Shown piece by piece: positions 26,250-40,508 of a stretch of DNA of 64,000 nt (its first letter is position 1; every line of letters begins with the position of its first letter). The stretch lies in NCBI RefSeq assembly GCF_009914755.1, contig NC_060926.1; one strand, written 5' to 3'. A program made the position numbers and the translations under genes. The notes under the pieces are model-generated. The model was not told the DNA's origin and ran no database searches. It was given only the letters and a program-made list of their open reading frames with translations. This stretch comes from the human T2T-CHM13v2.0 reference genome, Homo sapiens.

Positions 26250-27400
26250 ACAACATTTATTGACTAAAATTACACAAACATAAAAAAGGCATCCAAAATC
26301 CTGAAACTATCTCAAGTGCATTCCACAATTAATCAAATAAGTAAATATGTGGCAGAGAGTGAGAACCAGGTTTTTCACTGTTGAAAAAGCATAACAAATA
26401 TGGAAAGGGGGAAGGTTAGAATACCCCCTATGGAGCTGGATTAGAATCAGAGGAATTGGTGTGAATGGATGGTTTATATACGTAGGTAGATATAGAAACT
26501 GTTATAGGTATATATATTAGGTAGATATAAAAACAGTTATAGTTATAGATATAACTATATATACATACACATACATATATAACTATAACAGTTTATCTAC
26601 TATATATATGTGTTATAGGTATATATATTAGGTATATATATCAGCCATTAACTTCAGTGTTCATAGATGATTCTGTGGCCGGCAAGAACCATCAATGAAC
26701 ACTGAAGTTAATGGCTGCAAATGTGATGAGAAACAAAATATTTATATAGTCTCAAAGCCTCTTCACAAGAGACTTATTAATTGCAAAGGGAACAATAGCA
26801 TAATAACTGTGCAGTGGACCAGTCTGGTAGGTACCACCTTTTCCAAGTGATCAAAGTTAAGATCACCAGGAACAAGATGTACCAGCATCCTGTGCCTCCT
26901 GCTGTGATGTACTGAGAAGGACTCACTGTCCCTTCTGTGGTGTTCTTGCCAAAAATGCGTAACTACAATCTAATAATGAGTAAACACTATACACACCCAA
27001 AGTGAGGAACATTCTACAAAATAATTGGCCACCACTCTTCAAAAGTGGCACCATCATGAAAGACAAAGACTGAGGAAGCTGTCCCAGATTGAATGAGACA
27101 ACTCAGTGCAATGCAGGATCCTGGAACAGAAAAAGAACATTTGTGGGACAGTTGACAAAGTTTGAATAAAGTCTGGAGATCAGTTCACAGTATTGTATCA
27201 GTGTTCCTATCCTGGTTGTGAGAATTAGGATAATTATACGGTGCAGTGGTGCAGCTTTTTTTGGAAAGCTGGGTGAAGGGTATATAGTATTCTTTGTACC
27301 ACTTTTGCAGTGTTTTCAAAGTCTAATATTATTTCAAAGCTAAAAACTAAAACAAGCTTACAATAAAAAATATGTAAGTAAAAATCCTTTAAAAAGACAT
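26250..27400 (+). mobile_element. L1MC-type 3' region with TA-rich low complexity (26475-26640)
   Basis: gatgagaaacaaaatatttatatagtctcaaag, caagtgatcaaagttaagatcacc. Confidence 0.7.
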
Positions 27401-27827
27401 GACAAAGTGTGTCAGATATTAGATTATCAAAAGCTAGGAACTCTCTGGGGCCAGAGCTCAAATTCTCTTGTTTTCAGTCTCTTTATCAAATGAAAACTTC
27501 TGTCTGCCTTCTACCTTTAGCATGACACAGAAGTAGAAAGAAGGGAAGTGTTTGGGCAAATGTTGAGCAACACACACACAGCAAATGCTCATTTGATGTT
27601 TTGGCTGAATCGTAGAACACAGTAGACTGTCTAAACCCTCTGTTCCTGTTCTGGAATGTTCTGATCATAGCTGCTGGCTTATGTCTATCTTATAGCGATC
27701 CCCAAAGCTGCACCCGGCGTGGTCCTGAGGATCACAGGACTTAGCATTTCCTGCTTCCACAATGCTGGCCCTTAAGGGATATACTTAGGTATCCAGAGGA
27801 AGCAGATTGTATCTGTTGAGTGCTTGA

Positions 27828-28060
27828 AATAATAATAGTGATGATGATTGATGATAATGATGATGATGATGATGATATCTAAGCTATCACATGCCAGGCA
27901 CTGTTCCAAATGCTTCAATGCTTAAACCATCCCTGGGAGGAAGGGTCTGTTACTGCACACATTTACAGAGTGAGTGCATCGCTTAGGCTCTCTCGCTTCT
28001 CTACATGGCCCGTAAGTAGCGGAGCTGGGCTCTGACCCCACGCAGACTGCCTCTGGAGCC
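27828..28060 (-). mobile_element. MIR with adjacent (GAT)n repeat (27840-27876)
   Basis: atgccaggcactgttccaaatgctt...gtaagtagcggagctggg. Confidence 0.65.
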
Positions 28061-31000
28061 CACCTTCTGATGAATGAGAATGCACATGGGGCAGTGGGCT
28101 GAGTCATGGGACACATGCAAGGTGAGTTGGGGATTAGCCTCAACCCCTTTTGGCTTTGATAGAAATCCTTCTCAGAGACTCTCGGAACAGAGTGGTGGTA
28201 AAGCACCACCTGGGGCCTGTGGGAGGCCATTTTGGACCCAGTTCTCAGTTTCCAGGGCTGTAGATGTCCCTGGATGGGGCCAGCGCCTGGGGTCCCCCCA
28301 CCACCCCACACCATACCAACTCTTGTTATTAGCCATTTATCTAGCCACTTAGCACTTTCTCTTGGAAGTGCCACGCTTTGGGACACTTGGAGGTTCTGAC
28401 ACGGGAGTTCCTGATAGTCTGCTTCTGGGTAGAGATAATCCTGATGACTGAGGTGCCTGAAACCCCTCCTGCTGCTGAGCTGAGCCCCGAGGTAGGACAA
28501 ACACCCCTCTGGGCAAGTACAGAATGGAAACTGAAATAGAAATAAACTCCAACAAAAGCAAACTTCCTGGGGTTTTCCTCCTGCCTCCTCACACACACAC
28601 CTCTGAAAGGTGTGTGTCTCAGAAGCAATGGCCTGGACCAGGAGTCCTGACCTTGCTGTGTGACTTTGAGCAAGGCCGGGCCCTCTTTAGGCTTCGGTGA
28701 ACTCAGCTGTGAGTGAGGGGTAGGATTTGATGATTTCCAGCATCTCTGCTTCCAGTGCCTTCACGTTATGGCACCCAGGGCTTGTGACAAGAGCAGAAGG
28801 AAGCCAGGCCCATTCCTGGTGGACTTGAAGGTGTTAGCTCTTTGTTCCCTGGAAGAGTGTGGCCACGGCATTAGGGAGGGCTTGCCACTGCTCTGTCCAC
28901 ACACAATTAGGGCTTAGGTGACTCAGAAGCGAACACACCATGTGTTAAAATAAGAGTTGGTGTTTCTGAGAAGGGAAGTCCAGGAGCTGACCAGGATGGG
29001 ATTAGCTGTTGATAAGGGGCCCAGCATTGTTCTAGCTCTCCCCTGAGGCCCACACCACATCCTAGAAGAGAAGCCAGGTCCCTCGGCCCTACCAGGGCTG
29101 GGACAGTCGGGGCACAGCTGCAGGAGACGCCCTGGGAGGCTGTCTGGGCTGCGGCAGGAGGAGGCAGGGCAGGGCAGTGCAGTGGTTGGGAGGTGGCCAC
29201 TCTGCCTCTGTTGAGTTTTCTGGCTTTGTCACTTGACGTTGATTCTCCCCCAGGGCCAGAGTGGGGTCAAGTGGGGACCATGGAGGAGGACATGAGATCC
29301 TAACAGGCGACCTCAAACTGCTGTACAAGCCCAGCAACCCTGACCGCTCCCCAACCCACAACCAGCAAAGGTCAAGGCCAGTGCCAAGGAGTGCGGGGAG
29401 GGCGGCGTGGGGGACTCTCCAGTTTAGACTCTTCAGTCTCGAAAAACAAAGGCTGACAGGAATGTGAGGAAACCACTGTTTACTCTGTTTTCAAGGGTGT
29501 TCCACTGAAGTGTGTCCCGAGATGTTTCCAGAAGGAGAATGACGGGGGTGGTGCTGAAGAGGCTCTGCCATGGGAACCGGAGCCGGAGATGCCGGCCAGA
29601 ACTCTGGGTTCTCTGGAAGTGGTGGGAGGAAACCCGCAGGAGGGAAGAGGCCATCTCTCCTTTAACTCCTAGGGGAACAGACCGCAGGGGCTGAGGGTGC
29701 TAGCCCTTTCTGAAGCTGAGAGGGAGCCGGAAAGGAAGGGACTCAGGGGATCTCATGGGAGCCAGAAGGGCCCAGACTTAGGATCCGAAATTGTGCCTAT
29801 GAGAGTGGTGAGCATTGGAGACTCTCCCAGGGGTTGGTTGGTGGCAGGCGACATGAATCTGTGAATGCTGGCTTAGCTTTAGAGGGACTGAGGGTGAGGA
29901 TGTCACAGAGCCCAAGGGCAGGATTCAGAGCCCAGCCTCCAGGAGGACAAGAATGGGGACATTCCTTGGGGACAAAGTTGGGCTGTCAGTCACTGTCTCA
30001 GACCTTCTCTCCGGCCTGTCTGGTTGCCCGTCTCCGCTGTGCGCCTGCAGACCCTGCCTGATCATTGCTGCTCATGGTTTCAAAATGTGTTTCCTCAGAT
30101 GGTGGCCCCAGGCCCTGAGCCTTGTGATCTTCTGGATATAGAGCTCATGCAGCCAGCTAACCAGAGACCCTGTGTCTCAGCCCCAGATCCTAGAAAGAGA
30201 ATGTGATTGCTCCAGACTGGCCGGGGATTCGCCCCCTAGTTTAGCGGGCTTGGCCGCGCGGTAGGCCCACAGGAACAACGCAGGGGCCCTCCACTTCCCC
30301 TCCAGCTGTGGGCAAGGGCAGTTCTTGCGTCCCAAAGAGGGAACCTAAAGAAAAAAGGGAAATATGGGAGGCAGGAGACTGGGTGGAACCAGAAGTGGAG
30401 GATGGGGCCACGGAGACCTCCTGAAGCTGGGCTCGCAGGGAGTTCAGGGGAGAGCCGGAAGGAGTGGGGTCGGATTAGGGACAACACAAGGACCCACACC
30501 CACGAGCTGTACAGTTCATTCCTAGATAACGACGACTGGTTTGGGCTTTTATAAACTAAAATTTCCCCTGAAGATAATCTATAACCCAACTGCCACTGAT
30601 ACAGTGAAAAAGTCTGGCTTCTCTAGGAAGCCATTTAGCTCAAGGTAACCTCAAGAAGAGAAACAGAGAGGTTTAGGAGTGACAAAGTTTTCATGGCCAA
30701 GATGGAAATGTCCTGCCTAGAAAGAGGCCATAAGGAAAAAGTCTAGAAGTGTATATGTGTGTGAACCTGGACCCCACCGCACCCCAGTGAAATCAGAATC
30801 TCGGGGGGGTGGGACTGGCCAGGTGATTCCCATATGCACCCAGGATTTCAAATCACTGGCCTAGGAACAGCTGACAGGTCATTCCCCTTTTCTCCATGAC
30901 AGGAGCTCAGATGTTTGGAGATTGCCAATAGAAGTCAATGTGGCAGAGCTTGCTCTGTTTCCTGGGCCGTGGGCTCTGGGAACTGGCATCTCAGAGCCTC

Positions 31001-32297
31001 ATGGCCCGAGAAGCTGTGTAGCTACCCCTGTTCCTATTGGTGAAGCCACCCAGCACCCTTAGTAGAGCAGCTCTGTCCTATCCCCACTGGGTGTTCAGGC
31101 AGTAAAGATGGGGGGTTGTGCTCAAAGAGCCACAACCATCCTGGTTTTCTGGAACTATCCCAGTTTCAGTACTGAATGTCCTGTGTCCCAGGAAACCCTA
31201 CAGTCTGTGTAAACTGGGGCATTGGTCACACAGTGGCACTCAGCTGAGGGTCAGGAGAGCCCAGCTGACGTCTTTCAGCCCTGACACAGGCCCCACACCC
31301 ACGTTCCACAGCGGCTCCTGGCCTGGGAGCTCCAAGCCTGGCATCATTCTCGGCGCTGGGCTCTCCCTTGTCCTGGAGAATGTTGACTTTTCTCACACCC
31401 ACACATACACATGCACAAGCAAGAAGGAAAAAAAATGCAGGCATTGTTCAGACTTATAGCAGGTTATATTCTAGGAAAAGGTGGTGTAAGTCAAAAAGAT
31501 AAAAACTGAATCCATTTTCCCACAGAAACAATACCTTGATGAGAAATCCTGAGCCAGGGAAAGAAGTCTATAAAAAGTTCTGTCCTGGTCACAAAAAATT
31601 TCCCTAAACCCCTCTAAATATCTCTGTTAGGTTAATACTAGGCAAAATGGTCTCCTAGAGAAATCAGCCCCCTAACATAATTAACTGTAAATTAAAACCT
31701 CTACCCTCTGCAGTGTGAGTGCTCTCAAATGCATATACCTCAAAGGAAAAGAGCAAATCAGTACTCAGCCATGGGCAGTGTTATTTTATTTGTTGAAACG
31801 ATTCCGCATGTGAAGGGCCACTCAAGCTAGAGTGGTGGTTCTCAACCTTGGCTGGGCCTTGGAGTCACGGGAGCTGTTGCACCTGCTGGTACTTGGTCCC
31901 GACCCTGGACAAGCTGATGAACTGCAGTGTGGCTTGGACACAGGGAGTTTTCGAAGCTCCACAAGTGATCCCAGTGTGCTGCCAGGGCAGGGCACCACTG
32001 GGACAGAGGAGGCTACAAGGCCTGGAAGAAGCACCTGGAGGAGCTGATGTGTGGTGGCTATACCTGGGGCTGAGAGCCAACGAGATCTGCTGGGAAGGTG
32101 GGGGCGTGGAGGAAAAGCTGCCTGAGCTCTGGGGTCCAGGCCTAGGGTCTTGAGTGCTGGAACATTGAGACACATGCTAACTGAAAATGAACCCTTAGCA
32201 GTCATCCAAGTCAATCCTGTCATTTTGCAGATGGGGAAATAGATCTAGAGAGGTGAAGGGATATGCCCAAGTCCCCCAGTGTTTAGAAGGAAAATTA

Positions 32298-32630
<333 letters not shown>

Positions 32631-32654
32631 TAGGTATTTTGATTCCTTGTCCTG

Positions 32655-32869
32655 TATGGTAAGTCCTTACTTAACATTGTCAATAGGCTCCTGGAAACTG
32701 CAACTTCAAGTGAAATGGCATACAGTGGGTCCTCAAATAGTGTCATTTCATTCACTATCATTTTGTTATAACGTTAATAAGAAAAAAAATTCGTTTCACT
32801 ATACGTTCTTTTGCTTCAAGTTGCAATTTCCAAGAACCTATGGACAGCGTTAAGTAAGAACTTCCTGTA
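32655..32869. mobile_element. MER47-like (Tigger) MITE
   Basis: Long terminal inverted repeats: gtaagtccttacttaac...ataggctcctggaaactgcaactt and aagttgcaatttccaagaacctat...gttaagtaagaacttcctg. Confidence 0.75.
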
Positions 32870-32878
32870 CTGTTCGCA

Positions 32879-33755
32879 TTGTGGTGGTTTTAAACTATGC
32901 CCGAAAATTCTTTGATACTCCTCCCTTCAAAAGGTGAAGCTTAATTCCCCTCCCCTTGAGTTTGGTCTGGACTTAGTGACTCATTTCTTTTTAAATGTTT
33001 GATTGTTTATTTATTTATTTATTTTAGAGTCAGTGTCTTGGTCTGTCACCCGGGCTGGAGTGCAGTGGTGCAATCATAGCTCGCTGCAGCCTCGACCTCC
33101 TAGGTTTAAGTGATCCTCCTGCCTCAGCCTCCTGAGCAGCTGGGACTACAGGTATGCACCACGCTGTCTGGTTAATTTTAAAATTTTTTGTGGAGATGAA
33201 ATCTTGCTATGCTGCCCAGGCTGGTCTTGAACTCCCGACCTCAAGCAATTCTCCTGCCTCGGCCTCCCAAGTTGCTTGGATTACAGGTGTGAGCCATTGT
33301 GTCTGGCCAGTGACTCACTTCTAAAGACAGAATACAGGGGAAGTGATGGTATGTGACTTCAGAGATCAGATCATAAATGGCATTGTAGCTTCTGCCTTGT
33401 TTTCTCTCTTGTGTCATTCACTCTGGGGAAAGTCAGCTGACACTCGTGAGGATGCTCAAGTGGCCTTGTGGAGAGGCCCACGTGGTGATGGGCTGAGGCC
33501 TCTCTCCAGCAGCCTCAAGTGGGCACCATCTTGGAAGCAGACCCTTTCAACCCAGGCAAGCCTTTGGAGGACTGTAGTCCTGGCTGACGTCTTGACTGCA
33601 ATCTCATGGGAATCCCTGAGCCAGAACCATTCAACTAAGTCACTCTTAATTATAATTCTTGACCTGCAGAAACAGAGAAAAAAAATAAAAGTTTATTGTT
33701 TTAGGCAGCTAAGTTTTGGGGCAGTTTGTTACACAGCAATTGATAATGAATACAC
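32879..33755 (+). mobile_element. MLT1F-type LTR split by an AluJ
   Basis: aaaattctttgatactcctccc...ttaggcagctaagttttggggcagtttgttacacagcaattgataatgaataca. Confidence 0.8.
32990..33308 (-). mobile_element. AluJ
   Basis: Reverse dimer; TSD agtgactca(t/c)ttct. Confidence 0.9.
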
Positions 33756-34856
33756 ATACCACCCTAAAATATAATCTTTCAGAGTCAATGACATCCACAA
33801 ACTCGAGTATAGTGGGAGAATATGAATGAAAAGAATAGAAGGTGTAGCAACATATTCCTTCTAAGGAAGAGTAAGGCTGGAGGGGTAGGAAAATTACTCT
33901 CCACTAATCCTTTCTGTTTATGGAGACTGGTGGGGAATGGAGAAAAGAAAGATGCAAGCTTCAAGGCGCCTGGCAGTTTTTCACTCCGCTGATGCTTACA
34001 GCCTAGAGTAGATGGCTTTTGTCTTAGCAGAGCTCAGGAAGCAGACCTGATACTGAGGAATGGTGGAGAAACAGGACTGAGCAACTTTTAAGAATCATGT
34101 GTCTAATGTGTAATAATATCATTTGTGTTGGTGTGTGACAAAACTCTCCTGGTAACTTCTAAGCCTCCTGTGAAGTCCACTGCACACACAGAGGCCTTGA
34201 GGAGCCCTAAAAAGGGGGTCAGGTTTCCAGCATGGGTCCATGCTGAACTGGGGGTGGGGATTGAGTAAGGAGAGGCCCATGTGAGGCTGGGGGCTGAGTG
34301 GAAGCTGGAGCTCAGAGCCAGAGAGAGCAGGGAGCTCCTTATGCAGCCGCATGGGTCAGGGGAGGTCAGGACACAGAAGCCATTCTGCATCTTGACAGCC
34401 TCAACCTGAATCCTGGGTGTGGGGGAAGAAGTGACAGGCATGGGAGTTCTTAGAAGTCGGCCATGCACCTGCATCTGATGAAGCGCCACGTCTGTTCTTA
34501 CTAACCCCTGAGAACAATCACTTCTGCTTCCCTTCTGCCTTCCAAGTCCTGTGCAAGATCCTCTTGTTGGCAAACTCTAACCTGGGAGCATGAGGAAGAG
34601 GACTGCGGGGAACGGTTTCCAGCCCTACGTAGACATGGTGGTGGTGACGTGTTGACACATGGGGGCTCCGCTTCGGACTTCGCAATGAATAAGGCCAGGG
34701 AACTGCAGCTGATGGCTGGGTCATCCGAGAGACCTTCAATCTTTACTTTCTATAATGACAGAGCAAACCATTCTATTTGCTATTTACTTTCCTGATGGTA
34801 TCTTCAAGAAACTTCTGGAAATAGGTCTTTGTGTCAACCAGAAACTGCTGGTCAGA

Positions 34857-35155
34857 GGATAAGTTCTGGAGTTTTCTTGTATAGCATGGAGACTGCAGTT
34901 AATAACATATCATATACTTGAAGATTGCTGAGAGTAGATTCTAAACATTATTATTTATTTATTTTCTTAGTTTTTTTCGCCCCACTTCAATAAGCTAGTC
35001 GAAGACAGTAGATTTTAAATGTTCTCACCACAAAAAATGGTTAAGTATGTGGGATGATAAATATGTTTGATTTACTCATTCCACAGTGTGTACGTATATC
35101 AAAGTATCATGTTGTAAACTATAAATAAATATCATTTCTTATTTGTCAATTAAAA
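34857..35155 (+). mobile_element. L1MA 3' end
   Basis: ataagttctggag...tatagcatggagactgcagttaataaca...gttctcaccacaaaaaa...tttgtcaattaaaa. Confidence 0.8.
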
Positions 35156-36312
35156 GTGTAACACACACATATGCATGCACACTATATATAAATACATCTT
35201 TTAAAACTGCTGGTCAGGAATCAGACGGCCTCCACGGGTGGTGTCACAGGGCTGCCCCCCGCAGCCTCCCTCATGGTTCTGAGCCCTCCTCAGTCACTCT
35301 TTTGTTTAATGCTTTAATCCCTGCTTTAAGTAGGAAGCTTCCCTTCAGCTCATGGGAGGCCCTTATCTTACCGGTGGTCAAATAGATATGGGAAACATTG
35401 CCTGCTCTGTTTTTGGTGATTGGCGGTGCACGTGAGTATATTAAAGACTCTAAAAACGCATTTTTCAGAGCATGTCTATGACAGCTTGCAGTGTTGGATG
35501 TGAATGGCTTCTTCAATGCCAATGTGCAATTAAACGGGAGGAACAGAGATGCTGTCTTGGGAAGTACAGACACAGGGAGAAAAGAGTCATGAGGCTGGCT
35601 AGTGACGAAGACAACTCAAGAAGACTTTGTGTACACTTGCCACGTTACGTCACGCAAGATAGGAGTTGTCAATAATTTCCAAATTAATATATTGCACAAA
35701 AGGCCTGGGAGTTATTGTTGCTGTCGACAGCACAGTGTTGGTGAGTGCCCCTCCCTAGCATGTAAGATAACATCTGTCTCGGCCTCTGTAATTAAGAACA
35801 GATGCGAATCCATTTCAACCTTTCCATGCTCTAGGAGGAAAGGGCTGCCATGCAAATGAGTCAAGCAGGCAAGTGTGCACTACAAATCTTTTCACTTCGG
35901 AAGGGCAAATATTGATTTCAAACTTCCTAGAAGTACCTGTTTGAAGCCCTGTCAGTAGCCCAACAGATTCAGAAAAGATATCCTTCCCCGCTTTAGACAC
36001 CCGACCACCACTTGCCAGAGAACAGTCATAGATGTTCAAATTCCCCATCACGACCATGTGAAGGGGCCACTAGAGCTTGCAGTGCACTTGCGACACCTAT
36101 GGGCATGGAATCTCCATATTTTCAAGACATACCACGGGTGGTTCATGTTCTGAGGGTTGTCTGATGGAGGACATTCTATCAGCTTTTACTTGGATCTATT
36201 GAATGTCCTTTGACGACAAACACTATTCTCCAAAAAATTTCCACTTTTTATTCTCTCTTAATTCCTTTCTCTCCTCTGTCTGCTGTCATCTGATTGATAA
36301 AAATCCTACTAG

Positions 36313-36707
<395 letters not shown>

Positions 36708-38059
36708 TGTCCTGGTCCCTTGAGGTGGCTTTCCTCCCTGAATCTGCTCCTGTACAGTCCTTATGGTCCCCTGATTTGCATCTTTGCTCCTTCCTCCCCA
36801 GGCTGTGGGAACCTCCAAGAGAAGGGAGACGGAGAGCCCTGCTCAGAACAAGTGGCCTATGAAGCTGTGGCTGGGTCCCCAGGGTCCTCGGCCTTCCTTG
36901 TTCATGGAGGGGGTGTCCTGTGGGTGTGGGGACAGTGGGCTCAGGTGGTCGGGCCAGCAGTGAGGTCTGGCGAGTGAGCTGGTCAAGCAGGCAGAGTAAC
37001 CAGAGGTGAAGATGAACGCCATGGATTTGGGCACGCAAGAGCTGGCTCCTGGGAAAATCAGCTAGGGCTGGCAGCTTAAGACAGAAAGGTTCTCCTAAGT
37101 CCAGGGAAGGGGGTCAAAGTCCACAAAGCAAGGACCTTGCCCTCACCCTCCCAGTAAGTGACACATAGATTAGGTCAGATACTTGAGCGGGGCTGTGAGA
37201 CTTAGGCACATCCCACGTGTGGCAGATACTGATGGGGTGAGACGCTGAACCTGGAATGGAGCTCTAAATTTGAATTCCAGTTCAGCAGTAAACTCACCAC
37301 ATGACCTTGGAAGAGACCGTGCACCTCCCTGAGCCACAGAGCCCTTTACTGCAAGCTGAGGATAACACCCGTCCTCTGCACCCCAGAAGTGTGTTGGGAG
37401 GAGAAAAGGTTAGAAGCCTGGGGGTTCCTTGTGAGCAGTGATGAATGGAGGGGTCTGTGAAGGGTGGCTGAAAATCAGGGTGCTCCAGGCCAGGGGCAGG
37501 GATCCTGGCAGTGGAGTGGGAGAGAGATTCAAGAACAGAGTCTCTCCAGGTTTTGCCATCTGTAGAGGTCAGAAGCACCCTGCCTTGACCTTGGGCTATT
37601 TCTAGAGAGCTGGCCAGGCATCTCTCATGATGGCAGCAGCTGGCTGCCTCTCCTCTGGTGCTGGCTGCCTGCTCCTTGGCTCTGGCTGGACCTGCTCCAG
37701 GCTGAGGTCTCACCAGTTGAGCTGTCAGAGCCAAGGTAGGACAGAACCCAGGCTGAGCCCTCTGGAGAACCCGCAGTATCTCAGAGGCACTTTAGCTTCT
37801 GAAGCGAGGAGAAAGCCTTGCAAGTTTAGTCCACGGTAGCCTGGAAGAAGCCGTCTCACTGGGGAGTTGGAGTTGGTCAATATTTCCTACCCCCATCACC
37901 ACCACAACTTTACAATTGCTTCAGGCATTAATTACCCTTTGCAACAGCCTTCTCATCAAGTCACTTCTCCATTCAACAAATTCTTAGTAAGGGCCGATGT
38001 GGCCCCCATAGAGCTTACAACTGAGTGCATCGACAAGAAAATAAACATGAAAAAAATAT

Positions 38060-39800
38060 AATTCTGACTTGTGGTAAGAGCTCATAAGGAAGTGAACTGG
38101 GTGCAGTGTAGTTGGGTGGTAAGGGAAGGGGCTCTCTGGAGAAATACCACTGAAGCTGAGGCTCGAAGGATGAGAAGGGGCCAGCTAAGTGAATAGTGGG
38201 GGGATAGGAAGGTGTTCCAGGCAGAGGGAACAACACATGCAAAAGCTTAATGGCAGGAGAGGGCTCAGGGCCTTAGAGATATAAAGGAGGTGAGGGGGAC
38301 TAGACTGTAATGAGTGAGGAAGACAGAGTGGGAGACCAGTCAGAGAGACAGGCAGGGGCTAGATTGGGCAGGGCCTTTTAGGCCAGGGGAAGGAGCTGGG
38401 ATTGTCTTCCAAGTACAATGGGAAATGCTAAAGGGTTTTAAGGAGAGAGTGATGGCATCTAATTTGCACCGTGAAAGGTTACTTTGCTCTGTGGAGAGAC
38501 AGAAGAATAGAAGTAGGAAGACTCTGAAGTAGTTTGGGTGACTTAGACTATGATAATGTAGCAGACAGGATAAGCTAGGTTGTGCTGCAGTAACAGACAG
38601 CCCCCATTTCAATGGCTTAACATAACAAAGATTTATTTCTCTGTCATGCATCAGCAGAAGGGCTCTGTTGATCTTACTCACTCAGGAATCCAGGTATGGG
38701 TCTCATCTGGACATGATGTCCATAATCCCCATGAAAGGAGACAGGAAGTATATTGGTTCTTTAAATTACCACCAGAAGTGACAGATATCTCTTCACATGT
38801 CATTGGCCAAACAGGTCACAGAGGCAAGCCTAACTTCATATCAAGTGGGAGAGTGCCATCATGCCACAAACCCAGAAAAACTGTGTCACACTAATGACCA
38901 CCACAGACCAGGAGAGTGAAGACAGAGAGAAGCAAATGAATCCAAGGTACATTTTGGAAGCGTCAGCTGAACAATTACAAGGGTCATATATTTAGACAGG
39001 AGAACTTTATTTCTCCTAAAGAATTGTAGCTTGCAGGGTACCCATTCTGACAAGCTGGGAAGTGTAGCCTTGGGTCAGAAGCTGAGAACAGGCACTTTGA
39101 GGCTGGGAAGACTAAGACAGGGATTTATACTGAATGGGATGGCCAAATATAAGCATATTATGTGCAACTGAGGATCATGCCTCTCTGCGGGTCCCATGTT
39201 AAAAAAATGGTAGCATTAGCATGATCCAAGGGTAGAGGTTTTGGTTCTCTGGTGTCAAAAGGTAAAGCAGAGGACATGAAAACCCTCACTGTGCATCCTT
39301 ACAGGTTGGTTTCAACCTGGCTGGTTGAATTCAAGGGCACAGCAAGTCTTTTGAAAGGCTGGTCACTGTTTAGCCCTTAGGGAAGAAAGCCTTGTGGTGG
39401 TTAGTGAAGAAGGGCGGATAAGGAAGCCTGTCTCACCTCTGGTTGCATCGTGGCTGGGAATTCAGTTTCCAAGGTTTCTCTGAGGTCCTTTAGACCGAGA
39501 AGGGATCTATTCACTTAGTTGGGGCTGGATTTCATTTTTATTTCTCAGAAGTAAAAGTGACAGGCCTTCCTGATGAGTTGTATGTAGAGCAGGGGGAGGA
39601 GATAGGAGAGTCTGATGATTCCCAGGTTCCTCAGGGCCTGGTGCTTGGTGGTCCCATTTGCTAGAGCAGGGGCTGGAACGAAAGGCATGGAGCTGGACAT
39701 GCGCCAGTGTGGAAACTGGATTATGTAAATCTGGAGTTTGGGAAAGGGGGTTCGGGCTGGAGGTACAAATTTGGGTGTCATCAAATATAGATAGTGATGA
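38060..39800. mobile_element. L2 fragments with nested LTRs (MLT1J-like about 38556-38905; ERV LTR about 38965-39545)
   Basis: gttccaggcagagggaacaacacatgcaaa (L2); ggataagctaggttgtgctgcagtaaca (MLT1J). Confidence 0.65.
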
Positions 39801-39809
39801 GTGCTTCAG

Positions 39810-40508
<699 letters not shown>

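Noticed and set aside
27922-28596. Longest ORF in the window (224 aa, minus strand)
   Set aside because: Non-ATG start, runs into a MIR, and has no recognisable domain
32655-32869. Long inverted repeat
   Set aside because: Explained by the terminal inverted repeats of a MER47/Tigger MITE
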